Positions 17,055 to 29,308 are shown, numbered from the stretch's first letter. The stretch is 64,000 nucleotides of DNA from IMGVR_UViG_3300018004_000004:151396-215395; one strand, 5' to 3'. Numbers and translations are program-made. Notes: a model not told the origin generated them from the letters alone.

Positions 17055-20000
17055 ACTTGTCTTAAGGAGATTGATCATGTCAGTCTGTGCTTATACGTTG
17101 ATTGAGCTCGAGGCCATTATTGGCAACGAGTTGACTAATCATCCCAACTTCTGTGACTCCAGGAACTATTGGGCCTGGGAAGAATATGTAGCTATCCCTG
17201 CTCTGCGGGGATTTGGCTACAAGATACTCGACAACCACTTCCGTACATTGGAAGGGGATAGCTGTGGTCCTTTGACCCGCGGTATTCGAGTGCAGAGTTC
17301 AACCGGCCTTGTTCGCATGGCCTGGTATGGGTAAGGAGGATACATGCCCACTTCTGCTGCCATCATACTGATTGCAATAGTACTTGGCCTTGATTATGGC
17401 CTGTGGTTTCTTGTGCTGCCACGTATCAGGCAGCACTCAAAGAAAGGACAATCTGATGTGCGTTCTATGCGCGCGTGAGCTGAGCAAGAAGATGCCGCAA
17501 CATCCAGGTGTTACCATCCTCAAGAGCATTGCTCATGAGTTCAAATGCCCTGCAATGAAAGCATTAGAGGATCTCACTCCCTCAGGTTCTGAGTTCGTGA
17601 ACGATCCTACTTTCTGTCATGCCTATCTTCGTAGGCGACTGACCACAGCTTGGGAGTTGCTCAAGCAAAAGACCATTCACCTGCATAATATGCAGAAGCA
17701 GATTGACCTCCTCGAACAAATAATCAAGGAAACTACTAAGTTTGCCCCAACTGAAATGGCGCCACGCACTTGCAAATACACCGACTGTGGCAAGATCACC
17801 ACACGCACAGCCTTTGGCCTATGCACAGAATGTGGGAGGTTCCAATGAGTGTGTACAAACTGTGTCCCAGTTGCAAAGAAGTGCACGACTGGTCTGTCCC
17901 CTGCAAAGCCATGGCAAAGGCTGAGCAGGATGCAATAGACCATGGCCAGATCTGTGCTGTTCTATTTGCTACCAGCGCAGAGATCGATGGTGTTGATCAT
18001 GGCCATCGTGTTGGCCCATGTCCAAACCTGTCGCAGTATGACGGAGATCGGAGTGATTTATGACCGTTCAGGTCATTGCATCAAAGAAAGGCATTGAGAT
18101 TGGCATAGCCGAGACCACAGTGAATGAGTATCAAGAACCACTGTCTACCTGGTCCGGCCGGCCAGTCAAAGAGCTCACGAATGATGAGCTCCAGCTGTTG
18201 TGGTTCAAGCTCGACAAGTATTTGGATACTCAGATACTTACCGAGATCTACGTCGAGATGAATATGCGTGGAATACCGCGCATTCAATGCACCAACTGCC
18301 GCTGGCCTTTAGTAACAGACCATGATGGCACTTGCTCGCATTGTGGCATCTTGCAATAGGAGAGCACATGATATATACGATCGTAGGTGTGCTCTTGATG
18401 TTTGTCTTCAGCCTCGTCACTCCCAGGAAAGGAGGACCCAATGATTTCATGGGTCGCAAGTAAGCTACTCGCTACGTTGTTCCCGCCCAAAGCCAAGAAG
18501 ATCAAGAAGATACATGGCCTTGATACTTGGCTGCTCTTCAGAGCACTTGAGGACGGACATCTTCAGCCAGAGCCAACAGGGTTAGTGTTGGCTAATGGCA
18601 CACAGATCCCCGATGATTCGGGGTGCGGCCGCGTGTTCGAGTATCGACAGGGTTGGTTCAAGAAACCAACCATCATCAAGGATCACAGAGGTGAACACCG
18701 TGTATCTCACAGGCAAAATGAACGGGATAACATTCAACGTTCAGATCTTACCTACGGGCAGGCGTGATCAGGAAGCCAAGGCTGAGGATATTAAGCCTTA
18801 TCCTGGCGCCGCGACCTTCAATGAAAACCATCCTGTCTCTGCTGATCCAGAGGATGTGAAGCAGAGCATTCCCAGGAAACAAGTGCATCGTGTCAAAAGA
18901 AAGAGGTGAGCTCATGCAGTTCATCAAGACCTGGATTCTCAGGTATAAGCTCGCGCGCATTTTCAAGCGCGCTGAGCAAGCTGTTGATCTCGGCCGTCAG
19001 CCGGGAGATGAGGTGTTTGTTCAGCTGTATGAACAGGCACTGAAGCTGGCATTGTGGCATCATGCCCAGTTCAAAGACTTCGTCATTGCAGCCGAGGTGC
19101 CGGCCCTGGCCGACTTGGAAAAACTAACGATCAAGCCGGTGCCAGTAGACAATACCCAGAAAGCAAAGCTGGCAGTTCTTATTGCTGCGGCTTTGCCTGT
19201 GGTGCTTGGCACTCTGACCGGCATTGGAATCGGAACATGTCATCTTTGGATGCATCTGTTCCGGTTGATCGGAGGCTAGTATGTTGCTGCCTGCTGGCGT
19301 TGCAGTAGTCATAATACTGGCCATCCGTAACTTCTGGCGTAACAACTTCTCTCAGGCTCCCAAGTATGTGAAGCAGAGAGAAGAGGACGCCAAGCGCTTG
19401 GCTGATCCTGCCAACAAGCTGCCTACCTTCAAGGAGGCAGCAGACACGATTGTGAAGACATACAAGGCGCCTGAATCTGAGCGCATACAGTGGCGCCAAG
19501 AGTGGGCACAGAAGCAAACAAGCCTTGAGAACAAGGCTGTTGCCTTGGCATTCGGTATTCTGATTGCCATGCTTGCTATAGGCGCGCTGCTGGCCCATTA
19601 GAAAGGAGGCCTATGATCATTGAGATCCTAGCAGTTGTTGGCTATGAAGTAGTCACAACTGCAGCTGCGATGCTGGGCCTCAAAGCTTTATCTGGCAACA
19701 ATATACAACGCCAGATGCTTGGCCTCAAACAACCAAAGAGATTGCCCGTTGTTGATGGCTATCTCAAGCGTCAGCTTGGTGGGACCACCAAGATGGAAGA
19801 AAGACTGTCTCGAAAGGCAGTCAAGGTCATCAATCATATCAGCCAGTATCAGGCATTCCGAATGCTCCTGATCATGGCAGGGAGGAAGATCCGTGAGGCA
19901 CAAGCTAACGTGGAAACACGTCCTCGTGGTAGCCGCGGCGATTTTGGTGCCTGGAGCGCTCACAGCTACAGGCGCTTACTTGGCCTATAAGGCCTTCAAG

Positions 20001-21880
20001 AACAAACAGTCCAAAGGAAAGGAGACGTCATGAAGTCTTTGCTTACTTTCATCCTGGCATTCATCGCAACAGTTCTGTCTTGCATGCTTGCCATTCGACT
20101 GTGCCAACTGCAGGATGCTTTCTTGCCTGCTTTCCGCGTGCGCCGGCAGATTCATGGAATGAGAGCCGGTCGACTCGCAGCTGACACAGAAGCAAAGCTA
20201 CGCGCTATATTCATCAACAAGCCCAAGCGCGTGGCGTAGTACAAATCTGCATTCGAAAGGACAACATGAGTACCATCAATCGCATCGTGCTCGGAGTAGC
20301 TGGCCTGATCTGCCTGATCATGGGTGTCTACTCCTGTGTCGCGATCACGAAGGGAGACAATCAGTGGCTCAAACATTCACTCCAACAGCTGCATCCGCTG
20401 CAGCTGCTGGGTTCGGTTTTTGGGCGTTGGTCTGGGGCATTGCGCTCAAGCTGGACACGATCGCAGGCCTCTTCGGCTTCAGGGACCGTGGTCTAAGCCG
20501 GCGCATTCGCCTCTGGATCAACGAGAACAAGGGATTGAGCCTGTGCATTACTGAGGTCACCAACTTCAGTATCCATGGGATTACCAATCCCGATGCCGTC
20601 ACATTTGCCATTGGCGGCACTCTATTCAACTTCTTGTTCGTGTTCGTATTCAATCCAATCATGCTCATGATTGAGGGCAAGAAACGACCGATCAAGAATA
20701 ACAGGGTGGCTGCGTAGTACATGTCAGCCACCCTTTCCCAAGGTGACTGACATGAATATGACTGAAGCCATCATCATGTTTGCCATTCAGCACAGAGCCT
20801 ATGCTACACCAAAGGGCTCGTACAACATGTGCTGTACGTCTGTACAAGAGTTCACTGACTTCCTGTCATACCATGGCGTGAAAGGCGTGGCCTTGGAGTA
20901 CTCATTCGATGTGATGAGCAGAAACAAGGATGAGTATATCAATCCAAATCCACGCGCGTACAGATGGAACAAGAAGAAAGCCGAATACCACATGATTGTG
21001 GATCTCGGCTTCTGTTATTTGGATTGGACCGCCAGGCAGTATTGTGCCATCCTGCCATTTCCCTACATCATTCCGAAAAGAAAGGAGGATGCTAATGAAG
21101 TGGAGCGTTTATTGGACAGCACTTGTAGGCGCGCTATTCGGCGCGCTCTATTTGAAGAACAACCACAATCACAAGGATAAGACTGTTCAATGGAATCTGG
21201 GCAAGTCCATCATTGAATGCGTCCTGCTTGTGTTGGCTGTGGCATTCATGCCAGCAGTCATCGCTATCTATGGATCCATGTGGATCACCAAGGGCATTAA
21301 ACGCCCTGGTTTCAAGATCTTAGTGGGATTCAGCGTTGGCACAGCCCTGATGATTATCATGGGCTGGGCGCTGGAAGTCCTGGTGCTGATAGGTGTATTC
21401 GGCATCGACATTCTGTCCGATGATTTCCTCGGCTTCATGGCCGAGCGGAAACAGCAAAAGAGAGGAGTCGTAGCAGCATGAAGAACTGGCTCAAAGAGAA
21501 CTGGACTTATGTTGCATTGGGCACATTCGCGGCGCTAGTTGTTGGCGCCATTGTCGTGGCCAAGGTGACTCACGTTCCGCTGAATGATGCTGACATGGAA
21601 GCACTGAAGAACTTCCAGTCTTCATTGGCTGAGAACACAGCCAAGCATGGCTTCAACAATAGCATGGCTATTGTGGAGCAGGGCAAGCATCAGGTCCTGG
21701 TAACCGCGGACAAGATCAAAGAACTGTGACACTCGAACAGTTCGAGGGGATCCTTGCTTTGTTCTTTGTCCTGTATTTGCTCTTGCGCGCCAGGCGCAAA
21801 GAGTTAGGACTCAAGGATCACCTAGATCCAATGCCATGGATTAGGAAGCACATCTTCCCGGAGTGAGAAAGGAGGTCATC

Positions 21881-23494
21881 ATGGACAAGAAGGAAATGGC
21901 TGATGAACTGATCTATGCTATATTCCAAACCCTAAAGAATCATGCGATTAACTTCTTGCTTGATGGCCTTGTTCTCAAACCGTTATCCAAATCGATTGCT
22001 GCTAAGATGCAGCCCAGCCCGTATAAGGGAGCGAGCGCATTGTTATCTGCTCGCATGATGTCCAAGAAGACTGTTGATGGTGCCATCCTTGAGGGCCCAA
22101 CAGAGGCAGGCTATGCCAAGTATGCTATTCGCAAGGGCATGCCAGGCCCAGGACAGAAGAGATTGGCAATCGAGAATGAACCGCACACCGTTGATGATTT
22201 TGATGGTGTGATTGAGGAAGGCTATGGCAAAGGCAAGAAAGAACTCATCTACACAGGCCAAGCCGCCATCAAAGTTGGAGAAGAAAGATTCCTCGGCAAA
22301 GTCAACATTCATAAGCACACTGCTGACAAAGCCGGGCTCCACTGGGATTTTGTTGCGGAAGGCGTTAAGCCTGGGACACAGCAGTTCGAAGTTAACATCC
22401 CTACTGGCCGATGCAAAGGACGCTATGCCTTTGTTACCACGGCCAAAGGCATGCTCATTACCCGCCTCAAGGACAGGAGCGTCCTCATCGAGAAGCCGAC
22501 ATTCCATCTCAAAGGCGAAGACCTTCTGAGAGAGCTCGACAAGAATCCCAGTGGCACAATAGCAGAGTGGAAACCAGATGGTTCACTCGCGAATGTGGCC
22601 ATTAGTGGGCAACGGGCTATCTTTAGAAGTCATCGGGATACAGGCGAACCTTACTACGATAAACTGCCAGGACTAGAAGATCTGAGCAACCGTAGTGGAT
22701 TCCTATCCAATCGCCTGTTCTTCCCGGGACCCAACCTGGATGGAACGGTGTTACGAGGGGAACTGTTCCATCCAGAAGGGGCTGCTCGAGTTGGTGGTAT
22801 TCTGAATAGCATGCCGGACAAGGCTATTCAGTTCCAGACAGAGCATGGCCCAGTGACATTCATTGTATGGGACGAGCTGAAGCACAATGGCAGAGATATA
22901 TCCAAGCTGCCTTACGCAGAGAGGAGAGCGATCTATGTCGCGGACGTCAATAGCATTCGACACTTCAACGGGCTTTGGTCGTACGTGCCAGCTCGTACCC
23001 GAGCTTTCCTTTCGTTTTACAGGGATATCGTCAACGATCCTCGTGGCCTGCCCTACGCCGAAGGTATTGTCCTCAAGGATGGAAGTAGCCCAGCTGGTGA
23101 ACCATGGCGCAAGGTCAAGTTCCGCGACACCGTGGATGTCAAGATTGTTGATGTTCTTGAGGGAACTGGTAAGTACGAAGGATCGGCCGGCAAGCTTCTG
23201 GTTCAGACAGCAGGAGGAGGACGCGGAGAAGTTGGTTCTTTCGCCATGCCTGATTGGCAGCGAAAGCAGATCCTGATTGATAAGGATCTGGTCAAGGGGC
23301 AGGTGATTGAGATCTATGCCCAAGAGATAACCAAGGCTGGTGCTCCGCGCGCTGGTGTCATGCTGCGATTCCATCCAAGCAAGAGCGAGTATGCATTCGA
23401 TCTCGAATCGAAAGCTATTGCTGATGTGGATGGCAGGACACCAAATGAAGTGAAGTATGCAATGAAGACAGCCGCAGGCTGGAGGAAGAAATGA
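21881..23494 (+). CDS. ATP-dependent DNA ligase with N-terminal rearranged LigD 3'-phosphoesterase-like domain
   Basis: EWKPDG (I), LRGEL (III), FIVWD (IIIa), EGIVLKD (IV), WRKVK (V), OB-domain GTGKYEG. PE-like KRLAIENEPH..FDGVIEEGYGKG and HKH...GLHWDF. Confidence 0.9.
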   Translation: MDKKEMADELIYAIFQTLKNHAINFLLDGLVLKPLSKSIAAKMQPSPYKGASALLSARMMSKKTVDGAILEGPTEAGYAKYAIRKGMPGPGQKRLAIENEPHTVDDFDGVIEEGYGKGKKELIYTGQAAIKVGEERFLGKVNIHKHTADKAGLHWDFVAEGVKPGTQQFEVNIPTGRCKGRYAFVTTAKGMLITRLKDRSVLIEKPTFHLKGEDLLRELDKNPSGTIAEWKPDGSLANVAISGQRAIFRSHRDTGEPYYDKLPGLEDLSNRSGFLSNRLFFPGPNLDGTVLRGELFHPEGAARVGGILNSMPDKAIQFQTEHGPVTFIVWDELKHNGRDISKLPYAERRAIYVADVNSIRHFNGLWSYVPARTRAFLSFYRDIVNDPRGLPYAEGIVLKDGSSPAGEPWRKVKFRDTVDVKIVDVLEGTGKYEGSAGKLLVQTAGGGRGEVGSFAMPDWQRKQILIDKDLVKGQVIEIYAQEITKAGAPRAGVMLRFHPSKSEYAFDLESKAIADVDGRTPNEVKYAMKTAAGWRKK

Positions 23495-24596
23495 AGGCCT
23501 TTCTAGTTACCATACTTGGCGATGGCCCAAAGCAGAAGAAAGAGCTCCTCATTGGCACGGAGCCAACGTCATCCGCAGCGAGAGAGAGGGCTCTTCGCAT
23601 GTTTGGTGAACCGTGGATTCCCACGCGTGTTGTCGTTGAGGACATACGCTGATTTGGCGGTGGTGCATCGTTTCCAGAAGGGTGTGTCTACCTCAACTGG
23701 GACTCACCCTTTTGGTTTAAAGGAGGTGCATAATGCACACAGCAGCTGAGATGATGGCGCAGTTAGCAATCCTCTGCTTTATTTGGGCTGGTGCGGAATG
23801 GCGCCTGGAATACTGGCGCCCAAAGAAGGAAGTATGGACACATATCAAGTATTGAGTCCATACGCAATGCTGTCCAACTGGATGCGTATAATGGATGCGC
23901 ATCCTTCAGTTGAGGACTTCAAGGACTTCGAAGAGGAGTTCAAGAAGAGGTTCGTTGAGAAAGGAGCATCAGATGTCCTGGCTATCACTAGCGAAGAAGG
24001 AACCAGTGAGCGAATCGAGCAACCAAGCACTACCAGCACCGGCTGGGTCGACGGAGACCAAGATCTCTTCGGAGATTACATATGCAGAACCCCTGCAGAT
24101 CTTGGTTGTCATCAGCACACTGTCGAAGACCGGTTTGGTAGTGCTCACCGAAGCGAAAGATTTGGTGGGCGCGCAGAGGGTAACGCGGCGCTTCAGCGAC
24201 TGTCCCGCGCTGTATAAGCCCATTGCCGGCTGGCCCAAGGACACAGCATGGATCACTCATAATCAGAAGATTATGACTGTGATTGATGTGCGTCCGTTCG
24301 GCAAACGGAGTTATGTGAAGTATCCGTTCACGCCGGAGGAAGTTGTGGCCATGACCAAGAAGCCTCAACAGAAGCTGATTGAGCTGGTTGAGGGTGGACC
24401 ATCTGCGAACAGCGAGGCAGTCGCCAAGCTGTTGGCTCAATGGCAAGAGGAGGATAAAGAACTGGCTCAAGCCAATCGCCGACCGCACAGGCCGGAGTTG
24501 CAGACTACGTCCGCATAACGAGATTACCAGCAGAAGATCGCTGGTAGTGTAGTACAAATCAAGCACCCTAACAGGGTGAGAAAAAGGAGTACATCC

Positions 24597-24926
24597 ATGG
24601 CGTATTTGAATCGTTTGCTGCCTCGTATGACTCGCGCCCAGGCCAACCTGGTTGCGCCGGTCACCGAGCAATATGCTCGCGCGCACGTTGTCCGCGTGCT
24701 CGGCGAGGGTCTCACGAAGGACAAGGACGGGCTGTCTTGCATTACCGTCCGCGTTCTGACGAGCGAAAAGCCTGGGCAACCGTTGCAGTTGGTGGCCAAG
24801 GATATTCTGGCACAGCAGTTGGCGCAGTTCGCGAAGGACGGACAGTCCTTCTCGTTCACGGCTAATGTGTCGGGTCGTATCCAGCCGTATCTGTTCTGCA
24901 CCGGTCTGGACGCGCTCGAGCAGTAA
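24597..24926 (+). CDS. Hypothetical protein (possible OB-fold)
   Basis: AAGGAG RBS, beta-strand pattern. Confidence 0.5.
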   Translation: MAYLNRLLPRMTRAQANLVAPVTEQYARAHVVRVLGEGLTKDKDGLSCITVRVLTSEKPGQPLQLVAKDILAQQLAQFAKDGQSFSFTANVSGRIQPYLFCTGLDALEQ

Positions 24927-25060
24927 AGGGCGCCGATCAGCAGTAAAGGTAGAGGTGCCGGACAGTGCCGAGGCAACTCGACGTTATGTCTGGTTAAACG
25001 GCTCTAGCTCGGGCAACGGCCTCTATTCTCCTCTAATCAACAACAACACCTCTGGAAGGA

Positions 25061-25456
25061 GTGTGCTGCATGAATGAATACAGGGATGGTTTCCGAGAAG
25101 TGCAACGGGATGTAGTGTGGACATTGCCACGGATTTTCCTTGTGGCTTTGATCGCACTAGTCGTGATCTATGGTCTCGGATTCCTGGCGACAGGTGGCGA
25201 TCTTGCCATCTATCGTTTCTGGGCCCCCAAACAGGCGAATGCTCAGCGTGTGGTATTCGAGAACACACAGAGCTACGTCCAAGGGAAAGTGGAGTATCTC
25301 ACGCGTCTTCGCTTTCAGTACCAACAGGCACTGATCGATAAAGAAGACACCCGCGCCGCCGGGCTTCGTACGTTGATTCTGGACGAAGCATCCACGGTTG
25401 ACAATGACAAACTTCCGCCTGATCTTCGGGCGTTCATCTCACGACTGAAGGAGTGA
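25061..25456 (+). CDS. Hypothetical single-TM phage protein
   Basis: TM IFLVALIALVVIYGLGFL then RVVFENTQSYVQG. Confidence 0.65.
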   Translation: MCCMNEYRDGFREVQRDVVWTLPRIFLVALIALVVIYGLGFLATGGDLAIYRFWAPKQANAQRVVFENTQSYVQGKVEYLTRLRFQYQQALIDKEDTRAAGLRTLILDEASTVDNDKLPPDLRAFISRLKE

Positions 25457-25459
25457 GCC

Positions 25460-26014
25460 TTGAATCTATTCTTCAAGTTCTTCGGTGTGCTTCTGCTGGG
25501 CTTCTTCTTGCAGCAGTCTGACGGCTGCGAGGACAACCAAGCTACCAAGACAGAGAACAAGGTAGCCGAACAGCAAGCGCAATCTCTGGAACAAGCTATT
25601 CAGCAGGTTGGAATGCCTGGCATTACCAACTTTACTGAGAAGAAGCTTGTTCGAAAGCTGTACGAACTGCGTGACCAGAATGGCCTCGCAACATACACAT
25701 ACGTCCCAGACATGAATGGGCGTATGTGGCATCTGTGCGATTCCATTGGTTACGGCTTGCCTTACGGCGTCCAGTTCACGAATCCCGAGCGCCGCGCACC
25801 AAACGCAAGCTATACGCAGTACGGCTACAACATACCCCAGGCAGAGCCAAATGGGCTCTTCATGCCACCGACGGCTGAAGGCACATGGGTTATCTGCATG
25901 GATCCGGCCAAGAAAGGCGAAATCGCACCGGTGTACGTCGAGCCGCGCGTGATCGTCAGTCCGTTCAAGCTTGCAGCTGCCGGCGAATACATGCCAGCGG
26001 CCGCAGCAAAGTAG
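25460..26014 (+). CDS. Exported/lipoprotein-like phage protein
   Basis: Signal-like N-terminus with DGC; YGLPYGVQFTNP...QAEPNGLF...GTWVIC...PVYVEP. Confidence 0.7.
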   Translation: MNLFFKFFGVLLLGFFLQQSDGCEDNQATKTENKVAEQQAQSLEQAIQQVGMPGITNFTEKKLVRKLYELRDQNGLATYTYVPDMNGRMWHLCDSIGYGLPYGVQFTNPERRAPNASYTQYGYNIPQAEPNGLFMPPTAEGTWVICMDPAKKGEIAPVYVEPRVIVSPFKLAAAGEYMPAAAAK

Positions 26015-26036
26015 TACAACGATCGAACAACAAGCG

Positions 26037-26067
26037 AGAGGGAGGGTAGAACCTCCCTCTTTAGTTT
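26037..26067 (+). terminator. Rho-independent terminator
   Basis: agagggagg-gtagaa-cctccctct followed by a T-rich tract. Confidence 0.7.
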
Positions 26068-26661
26068 GGAGGCCCATGAGTAACGGATTACAGACCTTCG
26101 TGTTCAACTTCCATATCAGGCAGAACGGAGTTGTAAACACAAAGACGGAGGAGAAGGATTGCATTGACTGGACGGAGGCGCATTTGCATTTTCTTACGCG
26201 CTGCCGTGATCTTGGTATCCGCGGGGAAGGTCTGACTGCCTGTTCCTTCTGCAGGAAGGACAGCCCCGAAGGAGCATGTTGCTTCGGCGGTATGACTATG
26301 AAGGACACACTCCTATGAAGATGTTCTGGTGGGTGATCATCTTCACTGAAGATAGGCACGGCCTGATTTGGTTCACCCACGCTGATCTTGAGCTGCACCT
26401 GTTCTGTGGTAAGTGCGGCTTCTGTAATCGACATGGCTGGAGAGCAGACATGTTCGAAACCTTTTGGATGTGGTAAGGAGGACGATGATCCAAACGCTTA
26501 AGAAGTACTGGAGATGGTACCTAGTATCAGGACTGTCATTCGTAGCAGGGCTGTTCGTTGGGATAACCCTTGCCGTGTATGTCCTGATCAACGCTTTCCA
26601 CTGAGTTTCTAGGCTGAATAAGCCTGGAATGTAGTCAAATCCCCAACTGAAAAGGCAACTA

Positions 26662-27900
26662 ATGAGAAAAGCAGTTCTCCTGATTGCTGCCTTGATGTTT
26701 GTTGTTGCACCCGCCGTGTCAGCATGCGACACGGCGTGTAAGACTGGGTATCACTGGGTTTGGACCAACCAGGCTAAGGACCAAGGTTCTTGCCAGCCGG
26801 ATCCGACTCCCACGCCGACACCCAGCACCAACACAAACACGAACAGCAACAGCAATAGCAACGCGAACAGCAACTCGAATACCAACAAGCAGTCGCAAGG
26901 CCAAGGCCAGGGCCAGACGCAGGGACAAGGCCAAGGACAGCAACAGACTGCTACTGGTGGCGCCGGTGGTCAAGGCGGCCAGGGAGGAGCAGGTGGTAAT
27001 GGATACGGTGGGTCAGTTTCTGGTTCTGGGAACTCTCACAATACTAATACCAACACTGCTACCACTGGCCCTTCAACGGCTACTGCTACTAGTGGTGATT
27101 CGAATGCTACTTCCACGTCCGCGGCCAGTAACAATGGCAACGGATCCAACAATGCAAGTTACTCCAGTACGGAGAACGTGCAGGCTTCGAAGATCCCGGT
27201 GGCCACAGCTTATGCTGGCACTCCGGCTCCGACTGCCCTTTGTGCCTTAGGCTATGGTGGTGGTGTTCAAACCATGGGCTTTGGCATCAGCGGCGGTGGC
27301 GCCAGGATTGATCAGAACTGTGCCATCCTCGAGGCAGCAAGGCAGGGTGCAACGTACGCTGGCAAGTTGGCCTTTTGCAAGCTCTACGTATCAAACAAGA
27401 ACGTTAAGAAAGCAGGGTATACTCTCTCTGATTGTCTGGGAGACACCCTCAACGTTCCGCCCCCAGCCCCAGAGCCGAAGGTCTCCGAGGTTGTCCCTCC
27501 AACTCCCACCACCCGAGTCTTGGTGCAGATCGATCCGAACCCTGCACCCAAGATCACTCCTCCTATGGTAACTGATCAGCCGAACATTCCGCCGGCTGTG
27601 GTCCAACAGGATGAGTCGAAGACACTCGCGCGCGTAGGTACGTTCCATCTGACCACGCAGTATACAGATGGTGCGTGTCCTACGAAGTTCGTGTGTCTCT
27701 CCGCGGCCGCCAAGGCAGTGCTTGATCAAGCCATTGCCAAGGCCAAGGCCAATCCGACCATACAGGTCGTAGTGGAAGGGAACCTGCGCAATGCAGGCGC
27801 CAGCGCTAGATACATGGCGAAGTCAATCGATCGCAGCCGGATCCTAGTTCGATCCGATGACGATTCGACTGATAACGTCGACATCTACGTCTGGCAGTAG
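26662..27900 (+). CDS. Secreted low-complexity protein with degenerate OmpA-like C-terminal domain
   Basis: Signal peptide; PT, NS, QG, GG repeats; C-terminal AAAKAVLDQ...NPTIQVVVEG...IDRSRI. Confidence 0.65.
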   Translation: MRKAVLLIAALMFVVAPAVSACDTACKTGYHWVWTNQAKDQGSCQPDPTPTPTPSTNTNTNSNSNSNANSNSNTNKQSQGQGQGQTQGQGQGQQQTATGGAGGQGGQGGAGGNGYGGSVSGSGNSHNTNTNTATTGPSTATATSGDSNATSTSAASNNGNGSNNASYSSTENVQASKIPVATAYAGTPAPTALCALGYGGGVQTMGFGISGGGARIDQNCAILEAARQGATYAGKLAFCKLYVSNKNVKKAGYTLSDCLGDTLNVPPPAPEPKVSEVVPPTPTTRVLVQIDPNPAPKITPPMVTDQPNIPPAVVQQDESKTLARVGTFHLTTQYTDGACPTKFVCLSAAAKAVLDQAIAKAKANPTIQVVVEGNLRNAGASARYMAKSIDRSRILVRSDDDSTDNVDIYVWQ

Positions 27901-28346
27901 CTTGTCTGGGCAGGAGTTTAACCGTTCTCCCTGCTCGGCAAAAATAGCTGGGGTAGATGCCGACTAGCTCTACCCCAGTTATACTAATCAGGGATAATCC
28001 CCTGACAATATGGAGCTTATATGCCATGCGAACGCTGTGGCAATGCATCGCATTGCACCACAGAGCATGTGAAGGAAACAGCCGTGCACGTCGTATTACG
28101 AGACGGCACCCACGATTTTGACCCTGATAGCTTTGTCTCCAACGTCCATTCGTTAGATAATAAGACGTTGTATGACAACTGCATCGAAATGCAGAAGGCG
28201 TTTGCCAGGGTAGTTACGACATCATGGCCATCGGTCATGCGTTGCGCATGGATGGTCGGGGTTTATGAAAGGGAGGCCAAACACAGGCAGCAGAGATGGA
28301 TCGTAAAGTAGCTGCCAGGATCACATCTAAACTTAAGGAGAACCGC

Positions 28347-28880
28347 ATGCAGAAACTACTTCGGGTAGTAGTATTCTTACTACTCGCCGTAAGCCTGCTG
28401 TGGACGCCCCCGACGTTCGCAGCACAATACCACCATGCCAGTCACGTAAAACTAGTTTACTGTGACTTTCATGTTTGCCTGGAGAAGCCCCACTATATAG
28501 GGAAGGCTTCTTTCTATGGCAAACATTACTGGCAAGGTCGCAAGATGGCGAACGGTAATCGTTTTGATTATCGCAAGCCGTCTATTGCTACCTGGGGTAT
28601 TCCCCTAGGTACCATGGTCCGTGTGACAAACCTACGCAATGGCAAGTCCATTGTGGTTGAGGTCACTGACCGGGGCCCTGCTCATAGCCTTCATAGAGTC
28701 GCAGACCTGTCTCAGGCTGCGGCCGAAGCCCTGGACTACGTCAAAGATGGAATGACGACGGTGATGATCCAGGTAGTTGTGCCAGTAGACACTGAGGTAG
28801 CAGTACTTGACACTACCTTGGTGGAATCACCTGAACTTGTGAGCCTCGAGCCCCCTATTGTGGTGGCTGGAAAGGACTAG
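28347..28880 (+). CDS. RlpA-like (DPBB) lytic transglycosylase with signal peptide
   Basis: GKASFYG...MANGNRFD...PLGTMVRVTNLRNGKSIVVEVTDRGP...DLSQAAA. Confidence 0.9.
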   Translation: MQKLLRVVVFLLLAVSLLWTPPTFAAQYHHASHVKLVYCDFHVCLEKPHYIGKASFYGKHYWQGRKMANGNRFDYRKPSIATWGIPLGTMVRVTNLRNGKSIVVEVTDRGPAHSLHRVADLSQAAAEALDYVKDGMTTVMIQVVVPVDTEVAVLDTTLVESPELVSLEPPIVVAGKD

Positions 28881-29308
28881 CCGATGAGTGCAATCAAAGG
28901 CTCAGTTCGTAACTTCCTTCTTGGCAGGCCCGAACCTGTCAAGAAGGAAACTCCCGCGGATAAGCTTGCGCCCAGTCTGTGGGAGAAGAAGCAGCAAGTA
29001 TACAATGCCATCCGTAAGTATCAGGATGGCGAGTACAACAATCGCTGCGTCCTGGTTGGCCAGCTTGATGTTGCATTGAGCGGGCTCTATGATGAGCTCG
29101 TGAAGATCTTGTGATGCTCTACCCACTTTCACCCGACATAGTCGCAGAGCTGCAGAAGCAAAGCCACGCTTGGAAGTGGTGTTTTCACTGCAAGCACAAA
29201 GGCAAATCAGAATGGAAACCTGCTGTGCAGTATTGTCCTGACTGCAAGCAGGTATTCTGTAAAGATCATTTGTCTTGTGCATGTGGCTCGGATGACTAGG
29301 AGATCATA

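Noticed and set aside
26815-27060. Low-complexity nucleotide repeats
   Set aside because: Explained by PT, NS, QG and GG tracts of the secreted protein.
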